64,000 bases of DNA from a candidate division WOR-3 bacterium (GCA_039802865.1 JBDRXL010000004.1:3768-67767); one strand, 5' to 3'. Shown: positions 1-10,790, counted from the stretch's first letter. The notes: generated from the sequence alone by a model not told the origin. A program made the numbers and translations.

Positions 1-634
<634 letters not shown>

Positions 635-654
<20 letters not shown>

Positions 655-3106
655 TCAACAATGTTTCCTTTAATTTCTTCAATTCTTCTCTTAATTTTAA
701 ATCATCTTCTCTATCAAAGAATTTTCTTCCTTCGATCCATGTCTGGAGTACTATACTATAAGGAGATAATGGATTTGAATTCCATATTACAAAATCCGCA
801 TCTTTCCCAACCTCAATTGAACCTACAAACTTATCAACACCAAATTGCTTTGCTGGATTTAATGTTATTAACTTTAAGGCATCTGTTGGCTTTAAATTTC
901 CATATTTTATCATTTTCCCTGCTTCACTATTTAACCTCCTTGCAAGTTCAGGAGAATCTGAATTTAAAGAAGTTAAAACATCATTCTTTGTAGTAATAAT
1001 AGCATTATATGGAATGGCATCATAAGTCTCAATTTTATATGACCACCAATCAGAAAATGTTGTTATATAAACATTATAATTTTTTAATTCTTTTGCAATT
1101 TTATATGCTTCAAGAGCATGATGAAACATTCTAACTTGTATATTGAACTTTTTAAGACTTTCCATAAGAGCCAACATTTCATCTTGCCTATATGCATGAC
1201 AATGAATTTGAATTTCTCCTTTTAGTATATCTTTTAATGTTTCCATCCTTAAATTTTTCTTACCATTATAATTTTTTGCCTTAATAAATGCATCTTCAAT
1301 TATTCCAATAACTCCAAGCCTACTTTTTGGATATCTATTTGAACTTTCACTCCAATTACTTTGCTTTGGATTTTCACCAAGTGCAAACTTGATAGTTCTT
1401 GGAGCATTTTTATATATTAAACTATCATCTAAAAATCCCCACTTTAATTTAATAATAGCATTTTGACCTCCAATGGGATTTGCAGAACCATGCATAATAT
1501 GAGCCATTGTAACACCACCTGCAAGTTCCCTATATATATCAATATCAAAAGGATTTATCACATCTATAACTTTAACTTCTGGAACAACAGATTCTGACCA
1601 CTCATTCACTCCACCATCTATTGCTATATGTGAATGGGCATCAAATATACCAGGTGTTATATGTTTATCTTTTGCATCTATTATATAAGCATCTTTCTCA
1701 TTTATATTTCTTGAAATTTTCTTAAATTTACCATCTTCAATTAAAATATCAACATCATTTAAAATTGTATCAGGTAACCAAACTATTGCGTTCTTTATTA
1801 AAACTTTTTTATATTTAGGATAAATTTTATAAAGCCTTGGATATTGAGGTTTTTCCTTTAACTTTTCAATTGCTTTCCTCTCTTGAAAACTCAAAAACTC
1901 ACAATCTAAACAACCCTCATCTGAAAAGTAAATTTTATATTTATCATCCAAAGTTAAAATATAATTTTTAAATTTTGCTTTTACATCTTTACCATTTAAC
2001 TTCACTTTTAATTTTCCACTTTCATTTAAAATTTCAAGCTTAAAAATACTATCATTTATTTTAACATTCCAAATTCCGAAAAATTTTCTTGGATATTTAC
2101 TAATTCTATAAATTACACCATCTATCCAAACTTCAAATAACAAACCATTTTCATCAAAAATACTTCCATCTGTTATTGTAAAATATGCTTTCTTTCCTTT
2201 TTCAATACTTCCATAATCCTTATATATATTTAACATTCTTGCAGGAATTTCGGTTAAAGATAAAATAATTTGATTCTCATCCATTCTCTTTGCTAATTCT
2301 CTTAAATTCTTTAAAAGTTTCTTCTCATCTTTTATATTTTTTGTGCTTAAAGCAAATTTAAAATTATTTTCATATAAAATTCTTGCATTCTCTCTTGAAA
2401 ACTTCCAATCTAATAACTCATTTAATGTTGGTTCATCTCTTATACTATCAATAAATTCAAGTGGTAAAATTAAATTTGTTTGTCTTTTAAGAGCTTCAAT
2501 AATTTTAAATTCCTTGTTTGTTCCATAAATTAAGCTATTTAATTTAAACTCCTCAATAATTTTATAACTTCTCAAAACATTTAACTCATTCTCATTTGAA
2601 AGGAAAATAATATTTTTTATGTTTTCATCATATAAAAACTGCCTTATATATGCAATTGTTCCCATAAGCGAAACAGGATATTTATCTTTATATCTCTCAA
2701 ATGATATTACAAAAAATGGATTATTTAAAATTGTGCTATTTTTAATACTATCTCCATCCAATTTAATAACTTTTGTAAATCCCCGTAATATACTATCATT
2801 TTTTATAATTTGAGCAATTGTAAATCCCAAATTTCTTAAATTTTCTATTTCTTTTAAAGTATCATTTGAAATTTCTCTTAATATCTCAATAAATCCAGGA
2901 TAAACATACTTTCCAGAATAATCAAGAATTAAAATATCATTTGGAATTTTTAAATTTCTACCAACATCTACAATTTTCCCATCTTTTACAATTATTGTTC
3001 CATTTTTTAAAATGCTATCTTTTAAAAAGATATTAGCATTTACAATAGCATAACTATTTATTTTAAGGGTTTTAATTTCAGTTTGAACTAAAAGGTAAAA
3101 GAACAC
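635..3106 (-). CDS. Large amidohydrolase-family protein with two metal-dependent hydrolase domains; GTG start
   Basis: Motifs DAHSHIAIDGG and HCHAYRQDEM are typical of the amidohydrolase superfamily. 823 aa. Start is GTG at 3106, preceded by CTTTAAAATTTTCT. Confidence 0.55.
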
Positions 3107-3127
3107 AGAAAATTTTAAAGTATATAA

Positions 3128-3141
3128 GCCCCAGATGGGGC
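3128..3141. terminator. GC hairpin GCCCCAGATGGGGC between two minus-strand genes, followed by T-rich tract
   Basis: Perfect 6-bp inverted repeat with 3-nt loop. It sits between the stop of 3152..3511 and the start of 635..3106, flanked by copies of the promoter palindrome. Confidence 0.4.
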
Positions 3142-3151
3142 TTTAAAATTT

Positions 3152-3511
3152 CTACTTGGTTGTCTTTTTAGCTTCTGCCTTTACAAATCCCTTATCTGTT
3201 ATAACTTTCACTATTTCCTTATCATCATCTACTGTAATTGTAAAGGCTTTTGTCTTTTCATCATATTTTACTTCCTTTACACCCTTTATGGAAGAAATTT
3301 CTTTTTGAAATGCATCCTTATCAATAGTCTTACCCTCACCAAGTTTATATTCTACCTTAGTCTCACCTTTTACTATATAGAGATAGAACCCACCAGCATA
3401 CTTCTCAGTCTTGGTAGAAGTTTCAGTAGAAGCTTTATGCTCATGAGCTTGCCCAGTAGATTGGGCACTACCCGCAGTCTGAATGGTTAAAGTTAAAATG
3501 AGCTCAAGCAT
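3152..3511 (-). CDS. Hypothetical small secreted protein, HMA-like C-terminal half without CxxC
   Basis: N-terminal hydrophobic segment MLELILTLTIQTAGSA and lysine-rich 119 aa protein. GVKEVKYDEKTKAFTITVDD resembles a ferredoxin-like HMA fold. Promoter palindrome directly upstream. Confidence 0.35.
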   Translation of the reverse strand: MLELILTLTIQTAGSAQSTGQAHEHKASTETSTKTEKYAGGFYLYIVKGETKVEYKLGEGKTIDKDAFQKEISSIKGVKEVKYDEKTKAFTITVDDDKEIVKVITDKGFVKAEAKKTTK

Positions 3512-3530
3512 AATTTAAAAATTTTAAAGC

Positions 3531-4547
3531 CTACTTCTTCAATCTTATTAAAGAGCCAAGACCTATTATAGTAATTAAAATTAAAAATGCTATATAAACA
3601 AAGCTTATATATGGCAGTATATAACTTAAAATACTCAATATAGCAACAAGAATAAAGCCCAAGAAGTAAGCTAAAATATCATTTCTTACAATAAGCTTTC
3701 CAATAATCACAAATCCATATGTAAAGCTAATTAAAAATAGCAAGAGGATAAAAACTATATAAAAAGGAATTGTTAAAATAAGCAAAACAAAGATAATTAT
3801 TAAAATTATTAAATAGAAAGGTAGCAAAAGTATTCCAACTATTGTAATTATAAGCAATATAATTCCAACAACAAGAGCTAATACAAAAATTGAAATAAAA
3901 ACTGAAACAAAAATCGGATATACAAGAAGAATAATTAAAAGTGCAACTAATCCAAAAATTACAGCTTTTAAAGGATTTTCAACAAATCTATCAAATAATC
4001 TTCCTATTATTCCTTTTGAAATTAAGAAAACCAAAAACGTAAAAATAAAAAGTAATAAAAGTGAAATTATCAAGCTAACTTTTTCATCTACTTCCCATTT
4101 ATAAATTTTCTTTCCATTTTCTTCCTCTTTTTCTTTCTCCTTTAGAACAAAGGGCAAAGAACTTACAGAAATAACGGATTTTTCACCTTCAATTCTCCCT
4201 TCATTTTCAAAATTAACAGCTATAAGGGATAAATCACCATCTATATAACCATTTTCTTTGATTATTACATCAATTCCAATAAGTGAAGCATCTCCTTTTA
4301 TTGTATCATCTATTAGAATTTTTTTAGAGACTACAGAAAGATCTCCTTCTATCTTTCCAAAAACAACACAACTATCCCCAAATACAGATACAGAACCATC
4401 TATTTTACCTTTATCAAGAACAATAAGAGAGCCCTTTTCAACTGAAACATCACCCTTGACAAAACCAGAAATTACAACATCCTGTCCTTTTACCTTTATA
4501 TATCCTGATGTATCAGAAATTTCTAAAAATGAAAGTAAAAAGAACAT
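3531..4547 (-). CDS. Bactofilin-like (polymer-forming beta-helix repeat) domain fused to a multi-TM membrane domain
   Basis: N-terminal half has repeated GDxSVxxGS / IDGDLS beta-helix-like repeats (bactofilin/CcmA type). C-terminal half has about 6 hydrophobic helices. Confidence 0.45.
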   Translation of the reverse strand: MFFLLSFLEISDTSGYIKVKGQDVVISGFVKGDVSVEKGSLIVLDKGKIDGSVSVFGDSCVVFGKIEGDLSVVSKKILIDDTIKGDASLIGIDVIIKENGYIDGDLSLIAVNFENEGRIEGEKSVISVSSLPFVLKEKEKEEENGKKIYKWEVDEKVSLIISLLLLFIFTFLVFLISKGIIGRLFDRFVENPLKAVIFGLVALLIILLVYPIFVSVFISIFVLALVVGIILLIITIVGILLLPFYLIILIIIFVLLILTIPFYIVFILLLFLISFTYGFVIIGKLIVRNDILAYFLGFILVAILSILSYILPYISFVYIAFLILITIIGLGSLIRLKK

Positions 4548-4549
4548 AG

Positions 4550-4565
4550 CTTTAAAATTTTAAAG
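4550..4565. promoter_or_regulatory. Perfect palindrome CTTTAAAATTTTAAAG occupying the 20-bp divergent intergenic region; putative bidirectional extended -10 promoter
   Basis: Lies between the ATG of the minus gene (4547) and the ATG of trmFO (4568). Same element recurs upstream of most operon-initial genes. Confidence 0.55.
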
Positions 4566-4567
4566 AT

Positions 4568-5878
4568 ATGAAAGATAGAGTAATTGTAATAGGGGGAGGA
4601 TTAGCGGGAAGTGAGGCAGTATATCAACTTGCTAAAAGGGGTGTAAATGTTATATTATATGAGATGCGCCCGGTGAAAAATACACCTGTTCATAAAACTG
4701 ATAAATTAGGAGAATTAGTATGCTCAAATTCCTTAAAATCAACAGATATTTATAATGCAAATGGACTTTTAAAATATGAATTAAAATTGCTTGATAGCCT
4801 GATATTAAAAGCAGGAGAATATAGTAGAATTGATAATTCAATTGCTCTTGTAGTTGATAGAGAATTATTTTCAGATTATATTACAAATACTATTAAAAAG
4901 TTTGATAATGTGAAAATTATAAGAGAAGAAGTTGTAGAAATACCAAAAGATGAAATTGTAATAATTGCAACAGGTCCTTTAACATCTGAAAAATTAGCAG
5001 AAGATATTAAGAAATTAACAGGAGAAGATTATTTATCATTTTATGATGCGGTATCTCCTATTGTAGATGGTGATACATTAAACTATGAAAAACTATTTTG
5101 GGCAGATAGATTTTCAGAAGAAGGAAATTATTTAAATGCTCCTTTAAATAAGGAAGAATATGAAATTTTTGTAAATGAATTAATAAAAGCAGAAAAAATA
5201 GAACTTCATGATTTTGAAAAAGATATAAAATTTTTTGAAGGATGCCTTCCTATTGAAGAAATGGCTAAAAGAGGAATAGATACATTAAGATATGGTCCAA
5301 TGAATCCTAAGAATTTAATTGATCCAAGAACAGGTAAAGAGCCTTATGCGGTTGTTCAATTAAGACCAGAAAATAAAGATAAAACTGCATTTTCCTTAGT
5401 AGGTTTTCAAACTCAAATGAAGTGGAATGAGCAAAAAAGAGTTTTTAGATTAATACCTGGTCTTGAAAATGCTGAATTTTTAAGATATGGTGTAATTCAT
5501 AGAAATACTTTTATAAAATCACCATTAATTCTAAAAGAAACTTTACAAATGAGAAAATATGAGAATATATTCTTCGCTGGTCAGATAACAGGGGTTGAAG
5601 GTTATATGCCTTCTTGTGCAACAGGTTTAATTGCAGGTATAAATGCTTATAGGTTATTAAAAAATAAAAAAACCATTTACCCAAGCAGACATACAATGAC
5701 TGGAGCATTATTATATTATATAACTCATGAAAATCCAAAATACTTCCAACCTATGAATGCAAACTTTGGATTATTTGTAGATATACCAAAGCATTTAAAG
5801 GGAAAAAATAAGAAGGAGTTTATTATTCAAAGAGCAAAAATGGAATTTGAAAAATTTTTAAAAGAACTATCTGAATAA
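4568..5878 (+). CDS. trmFO: Methylenetetrahydrofolate--tRNA-(uracil54-C5)-methyltransferase TrmFO (Gid)
   Basis: N-terminal VIVIGGGLAGSEA FAD fold and the TrmFO-specific LVCSNSLKS region. 436 aa is typical length. Confidence 0.9.
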   Translation: MKDRVIVIGGGLAGSEAVYQLAKRGVNVILYEMRPVKNTPVHKTDKLGELVCSNSLKSTDIYNANGLLKYELKLLDSLILKAGEYSRIDNSIALVVDRELFSDYITNTIKKFDNVKIIREEVVEIPKDEIVIIATGPLTSEKLAEDIKKLTGEDYLSFYDAVSPIVDGDTLNYEKLFWADRFSEEGNYLNAPLNKEEYEIFVNELIKAEKIELHDFEKDIKFFEGCLPIEEMAKRGIDTLRYGPMNPKNLIDPRTGKEPYAVVQLRPENKDKTAFSLVGFQTQMKWNEQKRVFRLIPGLENAEFLRYGVIHRNTFIKSPLILKETLQMRKYENIFFAGQITGVEGYMPSCATGLIAGINAYRLLKNKKTIYPSRHTMTGALLYYITHENPKYFQPMNANFGLFVDIPKHLKGKNKKEFIIQRAKMEFEKFLKELSE

Positions 5879-5879
5879 A

Positions 5880-6863
5880 CTATTTTCTTCTAACCTTTCT
5901 TATATTTTCTAAATGCTCAGAATATGTTCTTGCAAATAAATGTCTTCTATTATTGTCCGCTACAAAATATAGAAATTTTGTATTTTCAGGTTTTAAAACC
6001 GCTAAAATTGAACTTAAAGATGGGGAACAAATGGGGGTAGGTGGAAGTCCAGGATATAAATAAGTATTGTATGGAGAATCAAATTTTAAGGCATTTTGGT
6101 TCAGCCAATAACTATTTACATTCAAAGCATAAGCAATTGTAGGATTCGCTTGAAGGGGCATATTTATTTTTAATCTATTTAAAAATACACTTGCTATAAT
6201 AGGTTTTTCATCTTCATAAAATGCTTCCTTTTCTACAATAGATGCCAATTTAATAACATCATAAAAATGCAAATTTGATATATTAAACAAACTATCAAAA
6301 GGCTTAATTTTCTCAAAAAATGTCTCAACAAGTTTTTCAATAACAAATTCTTCCCTTTCACCTTCAAAAAATGTATAAGTTTCTGGGAATAAAAAACCTT
6401 CAAGATGTTTAATATCCTTTAATTTTTCATACTTTTGAGAAAGCCTTAATATAAAAATACTATCACTTAAAAGTCTTATGAAATTTTCATAATTTATTTT
6501 TAATTTTTCTTGAAGTAATTTAGCAATTTGAAAGCTGTTCATACCCTCATATATTGTAATTTTTACTTCAATAGGTTTTGGCTTTTGATTTATTAACCTA
6601 AGGAATGTTAAAATTTCACCTTCATTAAAAACAAACTTATAAATCCCACTTTTGATATTCTTATCTTTTTTTGAAATTTTTAATAGTAATTTAAAAAATC
6701 CTTCAAATCTTATAATTCCTTTCTCTTTTAATTTTTTTGAAAATTCAGAAATTGTTTCACCTTTTCTAAAAGGAATTTCAATGGTATTATTTTTATTTGA
6801 AAGGGGAAATAGAAATGCAAGAATTAAAAGAATAACAAAAAAAACAATATAAAATTTCTTCAA
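5880..6863 (-). CDS. mltG: Endolytic murein transglycosylase MltG (YceG family); TTG start
   Basis: N-terminal TM anchor KKFYIVFFVILLILAFLF and YceG-like C-terminal motifs (PYNTYLYPGLPPTPICSPS). 327 aa. Confidence 0.8.
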   Translation of the reverse strand: MKKFYIVFFVILLILAFLFPLSNKNNTIEIPFRKGETISEFSKKLKEKGIIRFEGFFKLLLKISKKDKNIKSGIYKFVFNEGEILTFLRLINQKPKPIEVKITIYEGMNSFQIAKLLQEKLKINYENFIRLLSDSIFILRLSQKYEKLKDIKHLEGFLFPETYTFFEGEREEFVIEKLVETFFEKIKPFDSLFNISNLHFYDVIKLASIVEKEAFYEDEKPIIASVFLNRLKINMPLQANPTIAYALNVNSYWLNQNALKFDSPYNTYLYPGLPPTPICSPSLSSILAVLKPENTKFLYFVADNNRRHLFARTYSEHLENIRKVRRK

Positions 6864-6866
6864 TTT

Positions 6867-6899
6867 CCAAAATTTTAAAACCTAGGCTTTAAAATTTTG
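6867..6899. promoter_or_regulatory. Two copies of the TTTAAAATTTT palindrome in the 40-bp divergent mltG/OFOR intergenic region
   Basis: CCAAAATTTTAAAACC (toward mltG) and GGCTTTAAAATTTTGAGTT-ATG (toward 6904). Confidence 0.5.
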
Positions 6900-6903
6900 A
6901 GTT

Positions 6904-8676
6904 ATGACAAAAAATGACATTACAATAAGAGTGGCTGGAAGAGCTGGTGATGGAAGCCTAACAACCGCTGATGTGCTTTCAAAAGTTTTTAAAGATATAG
7001 GTTTATGGTTAGTAACATATAAGGATTTCCCATCAAATATAAGAGGTTTGCCCACAAATATCACATTGAGAGTAAATGAAAAGAGAATATATTATGGAAG
7101 AAAAGATAAGTTAGATTACTTACTTGCTTTTGATAAAAAGAATGTTGAAATTCATATTAGTGATGTTACAGAAGGTGGAGTTATTATATATGATAATTCA
7201 AATGAAAGTTTAAGCGAAGAATTATTAAAAGAAAATATTCACTATTATTTTGTTCCAATGCAAAGTATAGCAAAAAATCAACTTGGTCTTGAAGTTATTA
7301 AAAACCTTATAGCGGTTGGTGTTATAGCTTATCTTTTAAAAATGGATTATGAAAGAACTAAGGAAATTATATATAATTATTTCTTAAAGTCAAAGGGTGA
7401 AAAAATTGCATCTAAGAATGTAGAAGCATTCGATGCAGGTTATAATTATGCAAAGGAGAATATTGAAAAGAAAGATGATTACATAATTGAAGAAGTAAAA
7501 AATCCTCAAAAAACTTATTTTATAATGGGTAATGAAGCTCTTGCATTTGGAGCTATTGTTGGTGGTTGTAGATTTTATTCAAGTTATCCTATAACGCCAG
7601 CAAGTGAAGTATTAGAAATTTTATCAAGGGAACTTCCAAAGTATGGTGGGGTTGTAATTCAAGCAGAAGATGAAATTGCAGCAGTAAATTTTGCAGTAGG
7701 AGCGGGTTATGCCGGTATAAGGGCAATGACAGGAACAAGTGGTCCAGGAGTTTCACTAAAAACTGAAACAATTGGCCTTGCAGTTATGAATGAAACGCCT
7801 GTTGTAATATATCTTTCACAAAGAGCAGGTCCCTCAACAGGACTTCCTACAAAAGTAGAACAAGCAGATATCTATCATGCTATATTTGGTGGTCATGGAG
7901 ATGCTCCAAGGATTGTAATAACTCCCGGAAATGTGAAAGAAATGTTTGAATTTACAATTTTGGCATTTAATTTAGCAGAGAAATATCAAACACCTGTAAT
8001 TTTATTAGCAGACCAAGTTTTAGCCCAAAATAAATATACTATACCTATTGAAGAAATTGATTTAAGTAAAGTAAAAATTGAAAGGGGTAAATTATTAAGT
8101 CAAGAGCAATTAAATGAATTAATATCAAAGGGTGAAAAATATTTAAGATATAAAATAACAGAAGATGGAATATCTCCAAGGGTAATTCCTGGCATGGAAG
8201 GCGGAATTTTTACAGCAAATTCAAATGAGCATGAAGAAGATGGTTATACAACAGAAGAACCAAATAAGAGAAAAGCAATGCTTGAAAAAAGATTAAGAAA
8301 AATCTATGAAACTGCAAGAAAGAGTGGAGATTTACCAGAGGATTTAATTTTTGGAGAAGGAGATATTGGATTAATAGGTTTTGGATTTACATATGGACCA
8401 ATAATGGAAGCTATGGAAAGATTATTAGAAAAACGAATAAAAGTTAAATTCCTACAAATTAGAACATTATGGCCCTTAGATAAAGAAAAAATTAAAAGTT
8501 TTATAGATAGTTGTAAAAAAGTTATAGTAGTAGAACAGAATGCCCAAGGACAACTTTCAAATATTATAAAAATGTTTTATCCAGAGCATAGTAAAATAGA
8601 AAGTCTAACAAGATATGATGGAAGAGGATTTACACCAGGAGATATTGTAAATAAAGTAATTTCTATAATTTCATAG
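6904..8676 (+). CDS. 2-oxoacid:ferredoxin oxidoreductase alpha subunit (gamma-alpha fusion, two-subunit OFOR type)
   Basis: N-terminal POR gamma-type domain (IRVAGRAGDGSLTTADVL) fused to POR_N pyrimidine-binding domain (GNEALAFGAIVGGCRFYSSYPITPASE). No beta/TPP subunit adjacent. Confidence 0.8.
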   Translation: MTKNDITIRVAGRAGDGSLTTADVLSKVFKDIGLWLVTYKDFPSNIRGLPTNITLRVNEKRIYYGRKDKLDYLLAFDKKNVEIHISDVTEGGVIIYDNSNESLSEELLKENIHYYFVPMQSIAKNQLGLEVIKNLIAVGVIAYLLKMDYERTKEIIYNYFLKSKGEKIASKNVEAFDAGYNYAKENIEKKDDYIIEEVKNPQKTYFIMGNEALAFGAIVGGCRFYSSYPITPASEVLEILSRELPKYGGVVIQAEDEIAAVNFAVGAGYAGIRAMTGTSGPGVSLKTETIGLAVMNETPVVIYLSQRAGPSTGLPTKVEQADIYHAIFGGHGDAPRIVITPGNVKEMFEFTILAFNLAEKYQTPVILLADQVLAQNKYTIPIEEIDLSKVKIERGKLLSQEQLNELISKGEKYLRYKITEDGISPRVIPGMEGGIFTANSNEHEEDGYTTEEPNKRKAMLEKRLRKIYETARKSGDLPEDLIFGEGDIGLIGFGFTYGPIMEAMERLLEKRIKVKFLQIRTLWPLDKEKIKSFIDSCKKVIVVEQNAQGQLSNIIKMFYPEHSKIESLTRYDGRGFTPGDIVNKVISIIS

Positions 8677-8694
8677 GGGCAAGAGCGCCCCTAT
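8677..8694. terminator. Bidirectional hairpin AGGGGCAAGAGCGCCCCT between convergent genes
   Basis: 6-bp GC stem AGGGGC/GCCCCT. It overlaps the stop codons of 6904..8676 (+) and 8691..10148 (-). Confidence 0.45.
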
Positions 8695-10148
8695 CTTATG
8701 ATAATTTTATCTTCAAAATTATTTGACTTTATAAAATAAATTCCAGATTTTAAGTTCAATTGATAATTCCCTTCTTTATATGAAATAAGCTTCTCTCCAT
8801 TTGCTCTATAAATTGTAAATGGAACCTTTGAACTTATAATAACTTTATTTGTTTGATATTTAATACTATATGGTTTCTCTTTATTTATTATTTCCTCAAG
8901 AACAGAAAGCGTAGTTGTAGAGGTATAACTATAATATGTATCACCTGTATTACCATCCCTATAATCATTTGCCCAACTTGTGTAAATTTTTCCATTATCA
9001 ACAATCCATCCATTATAATCATGACCCAAAGGATTCTCACTAAATGGATAATTCACTGAGCTAACTCTTTGAGGAGCACTAAAACTCTGCCCCCAATTAT
9101 TTGAAATTGCCCAATATGTAGCCCATGTTCCTAAGGTAAATGGAGAACAAGAACTATAAGAGCTAATCCTTCCCTGCCATTGAGCAAAAATTTTATCTCC
9201 AGAACTTGCAAGCATTGGAAGAATTTGTTGTGTCCCCCCACCACTTGATGCAATGGGATAAGTTTTTAAAGTACTTCCACCTGTCCAAACAGCAACTCTT
9301 GCTTTACAATTACCATCCACATAAGATATTGCAACTTTACCATTGCTTGCAGTTATATGATCATGTATCTTTGCTGGTCTTTGATAATTTGGACAAGTTG
9401 TATTGGAACCAAAACTAAATCCAGTTTCAGCAATAAATTGGAAACTACTCCCACTATTTGTGCTTCTTAAAAATCCAACATATATAATCCCATTATTTGA
9501 TTGTGAAAAGTCGTTATAAGACATATATATATTACTTCCATCCTTTGCCCAATATCCAACAGTAGAAGGCCAGTTGGTATAACCTACTTGGGTCCATGTA
9601 TTTCCATTATCCGTTGATTTGTAAATTACTAAATTATAACCTCCAAACTTATCAGTTGTGAAATTTGCTAAAATTGTATTATTTCCAATAGCTAAAAGCC
9701 AAGGTTTATCCTTAAAATATGCCCAGTTATCGTTTGGACCCAACGTACTACAAGACCAGTTAGAAGCAGTTGTGCAACCACTCCCGCTTGCGCATCTACA
9801 AAAATAAACTTCACCCTTAGTATTATTAGGATTACAATATATCATTCCAGCAAAAAATAATATATTTGGATTATCTGGTTGAATGGCAATTGCAGGGTCC
9901 CCTATCCAACAATTTGAATTAGGTGAAGTATAGCGTATGTTACCAGCAAATGTATTTCCACCATCAAAACTCATTGCTAAATAGTTACCAGCATATTGAG
10001 AACCATCACCTCTTATCCAAGTTACTAGAACTGTATTTCCTACTTTCTTAACATCAGTCTCTGTATTTTGCATACAAGAGCTCATAGAATAATTGCTCAC
10101 TTTTATTTCACTTCTAAAAGGTGAATCCAAAACTAAAAATAATAACAT
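8691..10148 (-). CDS. BNR/Asp-box repeat (sialidase-like) secreted protein with T9SS C-terminal sorting domain
   Basis: Asp-box motifs STDNGNTW, SFDGGNTF and STNSGSSF. C-terminus ...GNYQLNLKSGIYFIKSNNFEDKIIIR matches the Por_Secre_tail pattern. Classical SD AGGGGGTG upstream of the ATG. Confidence 0.6.
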   Translation of the reverse strand: MLLFLVLDSPFRSEIKVSNYSMSSCMQNTETDVKKVGNTVLVTWIRGDGSQYAGNYLAMSFDGGNTFAGNIRYTSPNSNCWIGDPAIAIQPDNPNILFFAGMIYCNPNNTKGEVYFCRCASGSGCTTASNWSCSTLGPNDNWAYFKDKPWLLAIGNNTILANFTTDKFGGYNLVIYKSTDNGNTWTQVGYTNWPSTVGYWAKDGSNIYMSYNDFSQSNNGIIYVGFLRSTNSGSSFQFIAETGFSFGSNTTCPNYQRPAKIHDHITASNGKVAISYVDGNCKARVAVWTGGSTLKTYPIASSGGGTQQILPMLASSGDKIFAQWQGRISSYSSCSPFTLGTWATYWAISNNWGQSFSAPQRVSSVNYPFSENPLGHDYNGWIVDNGKIYTSWANDYRDGNTGDTYYSYTSTTTLSVLEEIINKEKPYSIKYQTNKVIISSKVPFTIYRANGEKLISYKEGNYQLNLKSGIYFIKSNNFEDKIIIR

Positions 10149-10246
10149 TTCACACCCCCTATCTTAATATAAATTTTGAAATATAAATCTCAAAATTATT
10201 ACTAATAGGAGTAAAAGAAATTTTCATATTTGTTTTTAGATTAGAA

Positions 10247-10651
10247 CTATGTTGAGTAATATATAGCCTTTGTAAGGTCAAAGGAAATCTCCTGCCATTC
10301 ATTACTTAGCTGAACTTCTTGGTTTATATAACCCTTTGAAGAGTTTATACTTATTCTAAATTTACCATTTCCCTTTACATATAACTTTAAGGTATTTTCA
10401 GAGAAATCTACAACATCAGAAGCATAATAGAAACTACAATTCTCATTTGTGATAGCTCTAATTCCAGCAGATTTACAGTTGCCTTTTACATATTGAGGAG
10501 TTCCAAAAACTTTTTCAGATGGAGTTTGAGAATATGTCCAATCTATACTCTCAACATGATAGCTCTTACCATAGACCCAAGTGTTTTTGGGTCCTTCTTT
10601 TATTGTGATAGGGGGGATCAAAAGCGGTTCAAAGGTTAAAAGATAGAACAT
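10247..10651 (-). CDS. Hypothetical protein (ORF trimmed to the ATG at 10651 so that it no longer overlaps tRNA-Phe)
   Basis: The ORF-track N-terminus (MVEQGAENPCVGGSIPSLAN) is the antisense-frame read of the tRNA gene. The first ATG downstream of the tRNA gives MFYLLTFEPLL... No recognisable domain. Confidence 0.3.
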   Translation of the reverse strand: MFYLLTFEPLLIPPITIKEGPKNTWVYGKSYHVESIDWTYSQTPSEKVFGTPQYVKGNCKSAGIRAITNENCSFYYASDVVDFSENTLKLYVKGNGKFRISINSSKGYINQEVQLSNEWQEISFDLTKAIYYST

Positions 10652-10653
10652 AT

Positions 10654-10725
<72 letters not shown>

Positions 10726-10790
10726 AATAACTTTGATAATTTTAAGGCATAAATTTTAAAAATTCAAAAAACATTAAATAAATATCAAAA

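Noticed and set aside
4258-4563. Six-frame ORFs antisense to or nested in strong genes (e.g. 4258..4563, 661..993, 2343..2528, 11048..11263, 17636..17836, 39894..40142, 52933..53250, 57346..57555)
   Set aside because: They are fully embedded in longer ORFs that have clear family signatures, and have a low-complexity AT-rich codon composition with no promoter element or motifs. They are by-products of AT-rich sequence.
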